Shown: positions 24,674 to 39,004, counted from the first letter of the stretch. The stretch is DNA of 64,000 nt from Octopus sinensis (GCF_006345805.1 NC_043006.1:33852001-33916000), one strand, 5' to 3'. Numbers and translations are program-made. The notes: generated by a model from the letters alone, not told the origin.

Positions 24674-26139
24674 AACCAACACTATTGTAACTACTGCCAC
24701 TCCAACTACCACCCACCACCACCACCACCACCACCACCTTTTACCAATAATATCATTAACCATTACTCTACAGCTTTCGATACATTAACAATATCACTAC
24801 CACTACCAACACCACCACCGCCACCACCATCATCACTACCATCATCAGCATTACTGAGACCATCAACATCATCATCACAATGATCATCATCGACATTATC
24901 AATCTACTTCACCATCATTATCATCAACAACATCATTATTGCTATGGCTATCATAAGCAACACCACCACCACCACCACCACCACTATGACAGCCACCAAC
25001 ACCACTGCCATCACCATAACCACTATCACCACCACCACCACCACCACCACCATTGTCATCATCTTCACAAGTGTCATCACCAGCATTATTTTTGTCATAG
25101 TTCATCATTTTTTGAGTTAATTAGCAAACCTCTTTATGGTTGAATAAACTGCTAGTAATGGCAGCCGAATGTCCAAATTACAAGCCTTACTATCTTAAAA
25201 ATCAAACCAAAACAAAAAAAAAAAAACCCCAAAAAACCCAAACAAACAGGAAGGCTATGTTGGAAAATGTAATTTCGTTATATTAAAAGATGTGACCTTT
25301 ATGGGCAGAAATGTCTTTGGTCAAGGGGCCGTCAGTGGGACAAGACCAGATGTGTGTGTGAAGGGAGGGGGGAGTAAATATCATCATTATCATCATTATG
25401 GTCCATCATTATTGACATCATCATCACCAACATCATCATCATCATCATCTTCACATTATCATCACCATCATCACCATTGTCATCATCAACATCATCATCT
25501 TCATCATTATCATCACCATCATCACCATTTTCATCATCAACATCATCTTCATCCTTATCATCACCATCATCACCATTGTCATCATCAACATCATCATCTT
25601 CATCATTATCATCATCACCATCGTCATTGTCCTCATTACATTAAACATCATCATCATCATAATCATCATTGTACTCCTCACCACCATTACTAAAACAAAC
25701 CTTGAGACAACAAAAGAACTTCTGTGCAGTGGCTCAACCTGCAAGAAATGACAGCCAAGTCCACTACAAATAACATCCTGCCGTCTTAAAGATAATGGAC
25801 ACATTAGGTAATGTAACTGTGGGTAATCTCAAGATGGGATGGTCATAGATGAAATGTCTTTGATCAAAGGTTTGCCTGGATAGGGTTGATTTAAAGTGAA
25901 ACAACAACAATAAAACTGTGCTAATAAAGGGAGAATTATGTGATTGTTTGCCTTGATAGAAATAGCAACCAAACTATCCCTCAAACTGTGCCTTAATGTT
26001 TATAAAAGAGAAGGACACATTGGATTATGTAGTCCTGAATATTGTCTGAAAATAAGACAGGTTGGTCATGGGTAGACTACTTTAATCATTTGTCTATTTG
26101 AACAGAGCTGACCTGGGGCTAAACATTACTTCCACCAAC

Positions 26140-26324
26140 ACCACCACCACCACCACCACCACCACTACCACTACCACCACCACCACCACCACCACCACCA
26201 CCACCACCACCACCACCACTACCACCACCACCACTACCACCACCACCACTACCACCACCACCACCACCACCACCACCACCACCACCACCACCACCACCAC
26301 CACCACCACCACTACCACCACCAC
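26140..26324. repeat. (CAC)n microsatellite, about 60 units
   Basis: Read directly. Confidence 0.97.
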
Positions 26325-26360
26325 CTGTCTCTAAAACTGCCAATGAGGATGTCTCTACAT

Positions 26361-28119
26361 CAGGCTTAGGCAGTAACCTTGTTCAAGAAGTGGGCCACAT
26401 GGGGCATGGTTCACCATCATGTAGGCTGCATGGGGCATGGTTCACCATCATGTAGGCTGCATGGGGCATGGTTCACCATCATGTAGGCTGCATGGGGCAT
26501 GGTTCACCATCATGTAGGCAGCATGGGGCATGGTTCACCATCATGTAGGCTGCATGGGGCATGGTTCACCATCATGTAGGCTGCATGGGGCATGGTTCAC
26601 CATCATGTAGGCAGCATGGGGCATGGTTCACCATCATGTAGGCTGCATGGGGCATGGTTCATCATTAGGTAGGCTGCATGGGGCATGGTTCACCATCATG
26701 TAGGCTGCATGGGGCATGGTTCACCATCATGTAGGCAGCATGGGGCATGGTTCACCATCATGTAGGCTGCATGGGGCATGGTTCATCATTAGGTAGGCTG
26801 CATGGGGCATGGTTCACCATCATGTAGGCTGCATGGGGCATGGTTCACCATCATGTAGGCTGCATGGGGCATGGTTCATCATTAGGTAGGCTGCATGGGG
26901 CATGGTTCACCATCATGTAGGCTGCATGGGGCATGGTTCATCATTAGGTAGGCTGCATGGGGCATGGTTCACCATCATGTAGGCTGCATGGGGCATGGTT
27001 CATCATTAGGTAGGCTGCATGGGGCATGGTTCACCATCATGTAGGCTGCATGGGGCATGGTTCATCATTAGGTAGGCTGCATGGGGCATGGTTCACCATC
27101 ATGTAGGCTGCATGGGTCATGGTTCATCATTAGGTAGGCTGCATGGGCATGGTTCACCATCATGTAGGCTGCATGGGGCATGGTTCATCATTAGGTAGGC
27201 TGCATGGGGCATGGTTCACCATCATGTAGGCTGCATGGGGCATGGTTCATCATTAGGTAGGCTGCATGGGGCATGGTTCACCATCATGTAGGCTGCATGG
27301 GGCATGGTTCACCATCATGTAGGCAGCATGGGGCATGGTTCACCATCATGTAGGCTGCATGGGGCATGGTTCACCATCATGTAGGCTGCATGGGGCATGG
27401 TTCACCATCATGTAGGCTGCATGGGGCATGGTTCATCATCATGTAGGCTGCATGGGGCATGGTTCACCATCATGTAGGCTGCATGGGGCATGGTTCACCA
27501 TCATGTAGGCTGCATGGGGCATGGTTCACCATCATGTAGGCAGCATGGGGCATGGTTCACCATCATGTAGGCTGCATGGGGCATGGTTCATCATCATGTA
27601 GGCTGCATGGGGCATGGTTCATCATTAGGTAGGCTGCATGGGGCATGGTTCACCATCATGTAGGCTGCATGGGGCATGGTTCACCATCATGTAGGCAGCA
27701 TGGGGCATGGTTCACCATCATGTAGGCTGCATGGGGCATGGTTCACCATCATGTAGGCTGCATGGGGCATGGTTCACCATCATGTAGGCTGCATGGGGCA
27801 TGGTTCATCATCATGTAGGCTGCATGGGGCATGGTTCACCATCATGTAGGCTGCATGGGGCATGGTTCACCATCATGTAGGCTGCATGGGGCATGGTTCA
27901 CCATCATGTAGGCTGCATGGGGCATGGTTCATCATCATGTAGGCTGCATGGGGCATGGTTCACCATCATGTAGGCTGCATGGGGCATGGTTCACCATCAT
28001 GTAGGCTGCATGGGGCATGGTTCACCATCAGGTGGCCACACTACTTAAAAGATTCAAAGTAATTTTTGGTTAGGTGCACCATTCAGAAAGTTCTGCAAAC
28101 TGCAGTTTGCCCACAACTG
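26361..28119. mobile_element. hAT MITE expanded by an internal minisatellite
   Basis: Degenerate TIRs CAGGCTTAGGCAGTAACC and GTTTGCCCACAACTG; 8-bp TSD CTCTACAT (26353-26360)/CTCTAAAT (28120-28127). Confidence 0.7.
26398..28030. repeat. 31-bp minisatellite, about 53 copies (CATGGGGCATGGTTCACCATCATGTAGGCTG)
   Basis: 31-bp period read directly (26398, 26429, 26460...); near-identical units with four recurring variants. Confidence 0.98.
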
Positions 28120-28337
28120 CTCTAAATGGTCACTCAAACTGGTAGAAATAGCAACCATATGGCCTTTATATTTATACCCTACCAACTTGAAGAAGGAAAC
28201 TTTGAAAGGGGTCATAAATATGAAAATAAAATAGGAAAAAATAAAAATAAAAGCAGGATGGCCATAACTGGAAGAAATATCTTTGGTCATAACAATGCTT
28301 GATCAGGGTTTACCTGAAGCTAAACAACAATGATAAC

Positions 28338-28373
<36 letters not shown>

Positions 28374-29924
28374 ATACCAACATAACAATCAACTCCATCA
28401 AACCAAAAAAGTTAGCCTCTACATGGACAGTTATCTTGCTAAATATAGTAGCAAAATCTTCCCCAAATCACATCTTACTTTTGAAGAATATGGTATTTGG
28501 TTTAGAATGTCTGAGGAAAATATGAAATGAGGTTTGAATGCATTTGAAATATGAATCTACTCAATCGTGGCTTGCCTGGGGCTGAACAACAATAACAACA
28601 ACAACAACAACCATAATCACATTCCAGCCACCCCCATCATCATCACCCCATCACTACTATCTAGTTGCCAATGAGGAAGCCTCTATGTGGTCACTCAATT
28701 TACTAGAAATGATAGTCAAATCTCCCTCAAATCCCACCTTTATTGTCTTAGAAAAAGGACACCTTGGATAAGATTGCCCTGGGTTCACTCTATGTAGATG
28801 AAAGTCAGGACTGTCATGGCTAGAGGGCCTTTGATCATAGATCTACTCAATCAAGTCTTACCTGGGGCTACACAGCAATGACAGTCACTACTACCACCAC
28901 TGACCCACCACAATCTGATACTACATCCAACATGATTCTAACCTGCATTTAACACTGCCATATACCACCACCACTGCCACCGCTGTTGTCGCCCCCTCTA
29001 CCACCACCACCACCATTATCATTATGTGGTCAATAGATTTGCTAGAAATAGCAATCAAATTCCCTCAAGTATATCTCTGTGTCTCTAAAAAAAATGTTGA
29101 TACAAGAGACAATGTAGTTCCTCATATACTAAAAGCTGGGATAGTCACGAGTGGAAAGCCTTTGATCATAAGTCTACTCAACCTGGCTAGACCCGGTGCT
29201 AAACAGCAACCATCACCACCATCACCGTCTTATCACATCACAGTTACAACTACCACAATCACCGGCTGCACCGGCAGCATCGTCGTGTCTGCTGCCACAG
29301 CAGATTGTGCAGTGTGCGTAGGCAGAGAATTCCTACTGCATCACAGCAGATCTGCATTGATACAGAGAAGAGAAAGGTGTAAGTAAAACTGCACTCTATG
29401 GAAATTCCTACCACCCCCCGCCCCCGTCTCACAGACATCAGCTCTCAGTGGAATCGACAAGACAATCGTCATGTGATTACTGAGTTGTTAGAAAGAACAG
29501 CTAAATCTCCCTCAATCACACCTTATAGGCTTTAAAAGAACAAAAACAAAGAAAAAAAAACCACTTAGTAGACACATTGGTTAAATGCTATTCTGATGTC
29601 ACTCTCTTCAAAGAAAGATGTTGTCATGGTTGGATTGCTTTTTCACTGGAGTTGTGTTAGATCAGGGTGGACTTGGGGTTAAACAATAGCAACAAAATTA
29701 AATTGATTTATGAGAAAGCTTCTACATGGTTGCTTGACCCAGTAGAAATGGTAGCTAAATTCCCTCAACTGCATTTAAAAAAAATAATCATTGTAATTCT
29801 TGGGAGACTGGGCTTGGTTAAAAGAAGAGAATTGCTTCCTTTGGCCTGTTAGAAATAGTAGCCAAATTTCCCTCAAATTACTTACACCTCTGTTCAGAAT
29901 GAGAAACACTGGTTAATGTAACAA

Positions 29925-30375
29925 GCATGGCAGTGTGGCAAAGGGCTTGCTTCTCAACCACATGGTTCTGGGTTTAGTCCCACTGTGTAGCACTTTGAGA
30001 AAGTGCCTCCTACTATAGCTTTGGGTCGATCAAAACCTTGTGAGCGATTCTTGTAAATGGAAACTGAAAGAAGCCTGTCATATATACATGTGTGTGTGTG
30101 TGTGGGTGTATGTGTATGCGTTTGTATGTGTAAGTGTGTGTGTGTGTGTATGTGTGTATGTTTGTGTGTGTGTTGATGTGTGTGTTTGACCACCACCACT
30201 TGACAGTGTTGGTTTGATTACATCCCTGTAACTTAGTGGTTCAGCAAAAGAGACTGATAGAATAAATGCCAAACTTAACAAAAAAGTCCCGAAGTTGATC
30301 TGTTCAACTAAAACCCTTCAAGGCAGTGCCCCAGCATGGCCACAGTCTAATAACCGAAACAAGTAAAAGGTAAAA
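29925..30375 (+). mobile_element. SINE family A, full length, diverged
   Basis: Head, core, internal (TG)n, end CCAGCATGGCCACAGTC...GAAACAAGTAAAAG. Confidence 0.8.
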
Positions 30376-31164
30376 CGTAGTCCTGGTTACACTATGTTTG
30401 AAATAAAAGTTAGGATGGCCATGGTAGGAATAATTTTGTTCATGGATTTGATTGATCAGGGATAATCTGGGTTTAAACAATCACAGCAACAAAATTGTAA
30501 GTCAATCTCAAAGAAAGCTTCTGGGAATGCTAGAAACAGCAGCCAAATCTTCCACAAATTCACATATTAAGATAAAAAAAAAAGAGAAAAAGAATCATAT
30601 TTTGGATAATGTAATAGTGGCAAAACAAACTGTTGAGATGGTCACTGCTGGAGAGTCCTTTATCATAAGTCTGTTCAATAAGAGGTGATTTGGAAGTAAA
30701 AACAAAGGCAAAATTTTAAGAGGCCAGAGGATGGTGGTGGTGGTGGTGGGGAAGAGTAGCTGAGAAAGTTGAATGGGAAATAGGGAGAGGGTGGGTGGCT
30801 GTTAAATGATGACGATGATGATATATATATATACATATTCCATATGTATATGTATATATATATGTGTATAGAGTATACATACATACACACATACACACAG
30901 ATATACATACACACACATGTGCACATGCACACATATACAATCAACCGCCACATATACCATATTCACATTTAAGAGGTACAGCCAGAAATCTTTCTCTACC
31001 TGTATGAAACACTAAATGTCCAATCTAGCAAATAGCTTTCATCTCATTAAAAGATCATAAAAAAACAGTTTTATTATCAACACATCCCCACCCCCCACCG
31101 CCCCACAATATAGGTTAGGTTAATTAACTTAACGAAAAGTGAGGTGGGGGTGGCGATGTTGGAC

Positions 31165-31475
31165 AGGCTGAGAGGTCGTGATGAATTTGCCTGTCTAAAA
31201 CCTGGCACTTCATCGGTTGCGACGATAAGGGTTCTGGTTGATCTAAGTGGCTGAGTACTCCACAGACATACACACCCTTAACATAGTTATCAGGGAAATT
31301 CAGCGTAACACAGAATGTAACAAGGTTAGTTCTTTGAATTACAGCTACAACTCATTTCGCCAGCTAACCCTAACCCTAGCCCTTGTTCAAAGGCACAATG
31401 TGTCCCTGGGTATTGAACTCATGACCCTGCAATTGTCAGCTGAATGCCTTTACCACTAAGCCACACACCTTTACA
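31165..31475 (-). mobile_element. SINE family C-related copy
   Basis: Reverse complement gives GGTGTGTGGCTTAGTGGTAAAGGCATTCAGC...GAGTTCAATACCCAG and a body like 6820-7125. Confidence 0.65.
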
Positions 31476-31704
31476 TGAGGAATTTGCCAATGATGGGATA
31501 AAATAAAACAAGCTTTTAATAATATGAAATCCCAGAACCCTTCTATGAGGCTCTATATGGTCACATGTGAAGGTGCATAGCTAAATGGTTAGGGCATTCG
31601 GCTCAGGATCATTATGGTCGTGAGTTCAGTTCCTGGTGATGTGTTGTGTCCTTGAGCAAGACACCACCACCACCACCACCACCACCACCACCACCACCAC
31701 CACC

Positions 31705-31736
<32 letters not shown>

Positions 31737-32831
31737 CAACAACAACAGCAGCAGCAGCAGCAGCAGCAGCGGCAGCAGCAGCAGCAACAACAACAACACC
31801 AACACCAACATCACCACCACCATAACTGCCAACACCACCACCATCATAGGTCAAGCAAGAATTACATAAAAGACATCCTTGTTGGCTCAAGACTTTTGAG
31901 AAGCTTGGTTTGTTTGTGGTAATGATTGTGGTGGCGTTGGTGGTTTATTGTGGTTGGTAGCAATACAAGGCTTTGGCCTGGTTGCAATTAGTGAAAGGCA
32001 TGACCTCCTCGTGCACGTGTTCCCATATTCTCCATCCCTGAACTTACAGATTCCAAGTATTCCAAGATGGGATTTGGCTAAAAGACCCTCACTGGTCATA
32101 TTTACTTTACTCCAAGAGTGTGGAGGAGTTCACAGGTTGACACCTTAGTCATAAGCCGCTTCTCCCACCACCACCACCACCACCACCACTACCACCAGCA
32201 CCAACCACAATCAGGAAATATACAAGATGATAATGATGGGGGGTGGGCAGAAGTGGAGTGTAACTTTATGGCAGGTTGTTTCGTGAGGAGGAGAAAGAGG
32301 AGGTCTTGATATCACACCTTATTGTTTGATAGCCAGGGTTGAGATGAGTGGTGGCGGTGGTGGTGGCAACAGTTTTGGTGGCAGCAGTGGTCGCAGCGAT
32401 GATGGTGGTGGTGGTGGCGGCAGTGGTGGTGGTCTGCATAACAGCAATTAATTTTGAGAGGATGTCAAGATTGTTTGAACAACTCTGGAAGAAGTGAAGA
32501 AGGAGAATCTAGTGTAGTGGTGGGGTGGGGTGGGGGAACCCAGGAGTAAAAGAATGGTTAAGATGTCTTGTTTCATTATCATGTTGTCCTGCACAGTTTG
32601 GCAACAGTGTGCAGCATTTTTGAGCTGTGAGTGAAATTGGAGAGATGAAAACTGTAAGGAAGCCCATTGATAGAATGTACTTTTGAGTGTTGGATTTAAT
32701 CCATTGCTCTATTTAGCACTACAGCTTGGTCTTCTGGTGCCTTTAGTAGAGTCTGCAAGTCTGCTCTGTTGCAAGAATTCAAACCAGGTTACCAGGCAGA
32801 GGAAACCCAGATCGTCCTTCTTTTATCCTGT

Positions 32832-33350
32832 CATCATCATCATTTTACAGCTATTTTCCATGCTGGCATGGGTTGGACAGTTTTACAGGAGATGGTAAAC
32901 CTGGGAGCTACACCAGACCCCATTGTTTATTTTGGCATGGTTTCTACAGTTGGATGTCCTTCCTAATGCCAACCACTTTACAGAGTGGACTGGGTGTTTT
33001 TCACATGGTCCCCAGCACCAGTGCTTTTTATGTGGCACCATCACTAACAGGGTCACCAAGTACCTTGCAAAACAAACTTTGGCCATATGTAAGCAAGCAT
33101 TGTCTCAAGTTCCAGGGCTGATAGGGCTGGTTAACCAGCTTTCATAGCATATAAGTGATCAAGATCACGACAATCCCCCTGGATGGGAAGCCAGTCCATT
33201 GCAGGTTTACTCATTTACTGTAGAATGAACTGAAGCAAAGAGAAATGAAGTGTTTTGCTCAAGAACACAATGCACCCTCTGGTCTGGGGATTGAAACCAT
33301 GATCTTGCAGTCGTGAGTACGACACTCTACCCACTTGACCAAGCACCTTC
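32832..33350 (-). mobile_element. RTE-type tail (32832-33075) and tRNA-SINE (33140-33350)
   Basis: Shared tail motif; reverse-complement head GGTGCTTGGTCAAGTGGGTAGAG...GGTTTCAATCCCC and TGTGTTCTTGAGCAAAAC. Confidence 0.65.
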
Positions 33351-34019
33351 AGATCAATCTTGGAGGCCTTCCAAAAACATAACAGGCACAGTATATGCTC
33401 TTTAGACTAAGCCACACACACACACACACACATGCACACACACATGCATGTACATGCGCATGCGCAAAAAAACATGTGTGTAGTGTGGGGGCAGGGTTTA
33501 AAGAAGCAAAAATTTTTTCTATGGTGAATACAAAGAGGGAGTAATAAACCCCCCCACTGCTCACCTGCACCTGTTTTTCTGCATCTGAAAGAACCATAAG
33601 AATGGTGTTTGTTTTTTTTGTTTCTGCTAAGTAGATAAGAGATTAATCTCTTTATGGCCTGAACGGGTTGGTTTGTGTCCGATAACTTTCCCTCCATCCT
33701 GAATAACTCAGCGCACAGCATGCTAAGAAAATATTTGTGAACAGCTCAAAGCTGCCACATCCTCCATATCAATTATATAACCCTTATGCGGTTCTTATTA
33801 AGAAATGGTGTTGAACAGGGTTGTTGAGTAAGAGTGAAGTGTTTTGAGTAGAGCTTGCCAGTGTTTGGGAAACTTCAATTTTAATTAAAAAAAAACAACA
33901 AAAACACTGACATTTTGTTTTTGTTCAGTTGCAGTGGTTTTTATTGCTGTTTTAACTTTTGTTTCTGTTGCTTTTATGAAACCTTTATACAAATTGATAA
34001 TGTTACTATTTTAGCTTCC

Positions 34020-34092
<73 letters not shown>

Positions 34093-34115
34093 CATCATCA
34101 TTATTATCATTATTA

Positions 34116-34176
<61 letters not shown>

Positions 34177-34550
34177 TGCCTTGGAGATGATGATGGAGGT
34201 GGTGGTAGTGATGGTGGTGTTGGTGGTGGTGTTGGTGTTGGTGGTGGTGGTGGTGATTGTGGTTATGGTGGTGGTGGTGGTGATGATTGTGGTGCTGGTG
34301 ATGGTTGTGGTGGTGGTGGTTGTGGTGGTAGTGATGGTGATGGTCGTGGTGGTGTTGGTGATGGTCGTGGTGGTGCTGGTGCTGGTGATAGTTATGATGG
34401 TAGTGGTATTGGTGATGGTTGTGGTGGTATTAATGGTGATAGTTATGGTGGTGGCGGTGATAGTTAAGGTGGTGGTGTTAGTGATGGTTGTGGTGATAGT
34501 GGTGGTGGTGTTGGTGGTGATGGTGCTGGTGATGGTGGTGGTGGTGGCAG
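34020..34550. repeat. (ATT)n followed by degenerate (GGT/GAT)n
   Basis: Read directly. Confidence 0.95.
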
Positions 34551-34911
34551 TTAAGTATTTTGATATCAGTTAGTTGAAGACCACCAGCTTTCTCTATCAC
34601 ACACAAAACCGTTTTAAAGTGTCCAACTTTAAACAGTCAGTCTTCGTAATTCTATGTCGGAATGTTTTGTTATGTTCCAAATGCCAAATTAATGAAGGAG
34701 AAGTCAACGTTATATTTATTAAACTTCACCATGATTGTTGATTGTTTTAAATCTTAAACGAAACATATGGCTAATGTATTCCAAGAGAAATACCATCTTT
34801 GAGACGTGGTGATTCTGATAAGACATTGACTGTGTTCATATAAGATGGAAATCTAAAAGCAACAACAAAGACAGATACCAGCTCCGAGAATACAGAGCAG
34901 AGATTCATAGA

Positions 34912-34961
<50 letters not shown>

Positions 34962-35924
34962 TAGAGGGAAGAAATCTGACAGAGAACTTTCCTCCTCCTC
35001 ACCCTCCTCACCCTCACTCCTCGCCGCCACTGTCGTCATCATCATCATTTAATGTCAATCTTTCTTGCTGGCATGGGCTAGACAGTTTGACAAGAGCTGG
35101 TGAGTCTGGGAGCTGTACCAGGCTCTACTATTAGTTTTGGCATGGTTTCTACAGCCAGGTGCCCTTCCTAACACAAACCACTTTACAGCAGAATGTACTG
35201 GGTACTTTTTACATGGCTCCATTACCAACAGGGTCTCCAAGTACCTAGTAAGATAATAAAAAAGCAACAATCCCTTAAGTGGGAGGGGGAGTAGTATTGA
35301 GATGGGAGTGACTTTGAGCCAGTTGTGAGATTAAACCTATAAGGGACAGAGAATGGGGCTTTGATGTAGATACCGGGATACCCTGTTGGAAAGGAAAGGC
35401 AATTGTAGTTATGTGGTTTGTGTATCCCATATCTGTTTATGCTTTGGATTATTGGTTTTCTGGATAAGCCAATTACTTGGTTTATCAACCTGCTAGGAGT
35501 AGCAGCTAATCTCTCTCAAATCCCATCTTCCCATTTTAGCTAAGCCAGGAAGGAAGGGCAGGCAGTGTGTTTGGCTGGTGGGAAAACTGCATTCTTAAAC
35601 AAGGGGCTCGTAACAGAGTGGATCCTCTGAGTGTACCCTCAAGGTGCTTTATCTGTAAACCTAGGGCTATAATAGAAGGCACTTGCCCAAGGTGCCACTC
35701 ATTAACAATTGATATGTTTGTGGAATACTCAACCATTTATGGTCTAACAATGAATCGGTCATTCTGTTCATTGGACAACTGCAACACTCTTCAAAATCAA
35801 CAGACTTGGTACCACCATAATGGTCCTAACGACAAACAATTAAATTTGCTCAGAATTCAGTTTACATCACACCAAACCTCTTTAAATAAAAGGAGGACAA
35901 CTATACAATTTAGTTCCTTATTTA

Positions 35925-36404
35925 CGAGGTTTGATCAGGACTGCTGCTATGGTAACAGTGGAGCCCCTTGGCACAGATGGACCTTGAACTCTATCACGTA
36001 TGCACCCTAAATTATAATATTCTCACTCCCAGATGTTGTTTATAGCAGTGCTTGGAAGTAAGGTGTGTAGAGTATGGTCATCTTAAAAAGAAGACCGGGC
36101 TTCAGCTATGCAGGATCTTGGTTGTGTCAAGGAAGATGAAAACATTTTGAAAACAGACATAACAAGTGACAACTTGTGGGTCTGTGGCTGTGACATTGAA
36201 ACCAAGGCAAGAATCAAATCTCACTTGAAAGAAATAAGATTTCAAGATGTTAAGGAAATCCATGGGAATGTGATGTGGCAGCTGCTTGCTATCTCCAAAA
36301 AAGGGATCCAGGAATGCTTCCGTCAATGGAAACAACACTGGATAAAGTAGAGATTAAATGCTGAATTGATATAAGTTGTCCAGATACTTTTTGATCAGAC
36401 CTTG
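35925..36404 (+). mobile_element. Internally deleted mariner derivative
   Basis: TA-CGAGGTTTGATCA and TGATCAGACCTTG-TA termini. ORF 36108-36350 joins the ITGDETW-like ITSDNLWVCGCDIETK directly to the C-terminal LKEIRFQDVKEI...IQECFRQWKQHW. Confidence 0.82.
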
Positions 36405-36449
36405 TACCTCTATCAGATGGGATGTCCATGGCTACAATGCTTTAATAAT

Positions 36450-36665
36450 CCTTTCTATGATAAGCACAAAGCCTGATATTTTGCAGGAGGGGGATAATAT
36501 ATGACATCGACCCCCAGTATGCAACTGGTACTTATTTTATCAATCCCGAAAGGATGAGAGGTGAAGTCAACCTCGGTGGAATTTGAACTCAGAACCTAAA
36601 GATGGGTGAAATGCCATGCAACATTTTGTACAGTGTTCCAACAATTCTTCCAGCTTGTGACCTTA
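36450..36665 (-). mobile_element. SINE family B
   Basis: CGACCCCCAGTATGCAACTGGTACTTATTTTATCAATCCCGAAAGGATG...GAATTTGAACTCAGAAC. Confidence 0.75.
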
Positions 36666-36837
36666 GGAATGCCTAAATAATAAGGTATGCTTGATCAGAG
36701 ATGACCCTGGGCTAAACATCACCAACAACAGTAACTATTCAAAATATTGTGTTTAATTGAAAGCCTAGAAAAGATGAGGTTAGTAAAGAGAGCCATGGAT
36801 GGTGTTTCATAATGCATTATTATTATTATTGCTGTTG

Positions 36838-36880
<43 letters not shown>

Positions 36881-37509
36881 GTGTCTGGAATGAAGCAGTC
36901 AGAGGTTGAAGAAAATTTACCTGAGCTTAAATGACACACAACACAATAATTAAAATATTATTTTTCCCAGTCCAAACAATACAAAACTGGAACCAAGCAA
37001 TGACACTTTACAAAATTTTGCAGGGATTATTTTCACACACGCTCATGCACAAACATACACACCCACACACAACCTCAAGTTATGTATGCTATGTACATCA
37101 TATTGTTATAGCATATATGTGATAAAATATTTTTTAAAAGCACGGTTAAAATAGGCTTAAAATATCTGACAGTAAAATAGAATTAAATAAACAAGTAAGT
37201 AATTTATATATCATCATCATCATCAACATCAACATCATCATCATCATCATCATCATCATTATATAATGTCCATGTTCCATGCTGGCATGGTTTGGATAGT
37301 TTGACAGGATCTGAAGCATCCAAGGACTGCATTGTGCATCCAACCACAGAAACCATTCACTTGGTTTCTATGCCTGGATGTCCTTCCTAATGCCAAATAC
37401 ATTACAGTGTGGACTGGGTGCAACTTTCTTGGCACCAGCATTAGAGAGGTTACCATGCAGCTTGCAAGATTACAAACCCTGAGTAGTCAGCTTTACATTA
37501 GATGAACAT

Positions 37510-37887
37510 GAGGCACAATGGCCCAGTGGTTAGGGTAGCAGACTTGCTGTCGTAGGATCGCCGTTTCGATTCCCAGACCAGGTGTTATGAGTGTTTATTG
37601 AGTGAAAACACCTGAAGCTCCACAAAGATCTGGCAGGGGCTGGAGGCAAACCATGCTATTCGCTTTCACCACAGCTTTCTCTCACTCTTTCTTCCTGTTT
37701 CCGTTGTACCTGTATTTCGAAGGGCCAGCCTTGTCACACTCTGTATCATTCCAAGTCTCCTTGAAGACTACATTAAGGGTACATGTGTCTGTGGAGTGCT
37801 CAGCCACTTGTACATTAATTTCACAAGCATGCTATTCTGTTGATCGGATCAACTGGAACCCTCATCATCGCAAATGATGGAGTGCCC
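37510..37887 (+). mobile_element. tRNA-derived SINE (family C-related)
   Basis: TGGCCCAGTGGTTAGG (A box), GTTTCGATTCCC (B box), 3' body homologous to 7320-7490. Confidence 0.75.
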
Positions 37888-39004
37888 CGAGAAGATGAAG
37901 GGTTGAAATATGAAAGAAGCAGCCAGAGCAGAACAGGTTTCTTGCTGTAGAGGAGTTACATGGCTACTCACATTTATAAGGGAGGGCAGAAGTGATCAGA
38001 TGGAGCTGGAAAGAGATCAAAATAGTGGTGACGAGGGTTGTCAGTGGACCCTGAAGGTATAAAGTGTATTGAGAGGAGTGAATGAAAAGGACTAGGAAGA
38101 GTATAAGGTTGAGAGATGGGGAATACATGCATACGTGTGTGTGTGTGCATGTGTGTGAGGTCGTTAGTGTCGGTATTATGTATGCATGTATGTATGCAAG
38201 TGTGTATGGGTGTATGGATATATACATATATGTGTGTGTGTGTGTGTAAATATTTATGCAATATACTCATGTGTGTGTATGCGTGTGTATATATGGATAT
38301 ATATATTTACATATAAAGCTCTATAAATACATACATATATACGTGTCTATATATATTTTGTATACACACACACCAGTCACGCATGCGCACACACACACAA
38401 ACACACATACACGTATATACAATTGTTTTCTAGGAATTAACCCACAAGTAGATTAAACGATAGGGTTTAGCTGATATTCGCATATTCCTAAACTGATAAA
38501 GAAACAAAACCCTGCTAATGACTGCTTTGGAGATAAATGTTGTGACGTTGAAAAAAAGTTGCAGTCTTTGGAAAGATATTCTAGAAGGATTCCAAAGAGC
38601 AGAGGCGACAGAATCAAGGCAAGGGAGGAAAGTGTGAGAGATGAATAAAGAAGAAAAGATAGGGAAGGAAAGAGAGAGAGGGAGAGAGAAAATGTGTGTG
38701 TGAGAGATAGAGAGAGATAGAGAGAGAGAGTGAGAGTATGGGAATGTGTGTGTGTGTATTTAAGAGGATTTCATAAATTCAAGTTTGACCTTTTATTATG
38801 CACCTTAGTGCAGTATGAAATGTGCAGATATGCTTTCGGTGCTCTATATTTAAACTGAATAAAAATAAAAAATAGTTTGTGTTATCTCTGTGAAAATTCA
38901 ACTCAGCAAGTTAATGAAACAGTCATCAATTATATAGTGCTCCTGCTGCTTACAACACTAAATTCTATGGAACCTTAGTGAATCATATCTTGAGAAATGG
39001 ATAT

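Larger units (their letters stand above)
25715..30680 (+). repeat. Cluster of about ten co-oriented copies of an old ~200-bp dispersed repeat
   Basis: Units ~CTAGAAATAGCAGCCAAATCTCCCTCAAA...GGTCATGGCTGGAATGCCTTTGATCA...GACCTGGGGCTAAACAAC at ~25715, 25950, 26340/28120, 28420, 28670, 29025, 29470, 29710, 29840, 30520. Confidence 0.7.

Noticed and set aside
26398-28030. CRISPR-like array of ~31-bp repeats
   Set aside because: Units are contiguous with no unique spacers, there are no cas genes, and the context is eukaryotic; it is a minisatellite.
29280-29390. Possible host exon ending at a GTAAGT donor
   Set aside because: No recognisable protein motif, clear acceptor or neighbouring exons; cannot be supported without RNA-seq.
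31363-31383. (TTAGGG)n-like repeat
   Set aside because: Only about three imperfect units inside a SINE; not an interstitial telomere.
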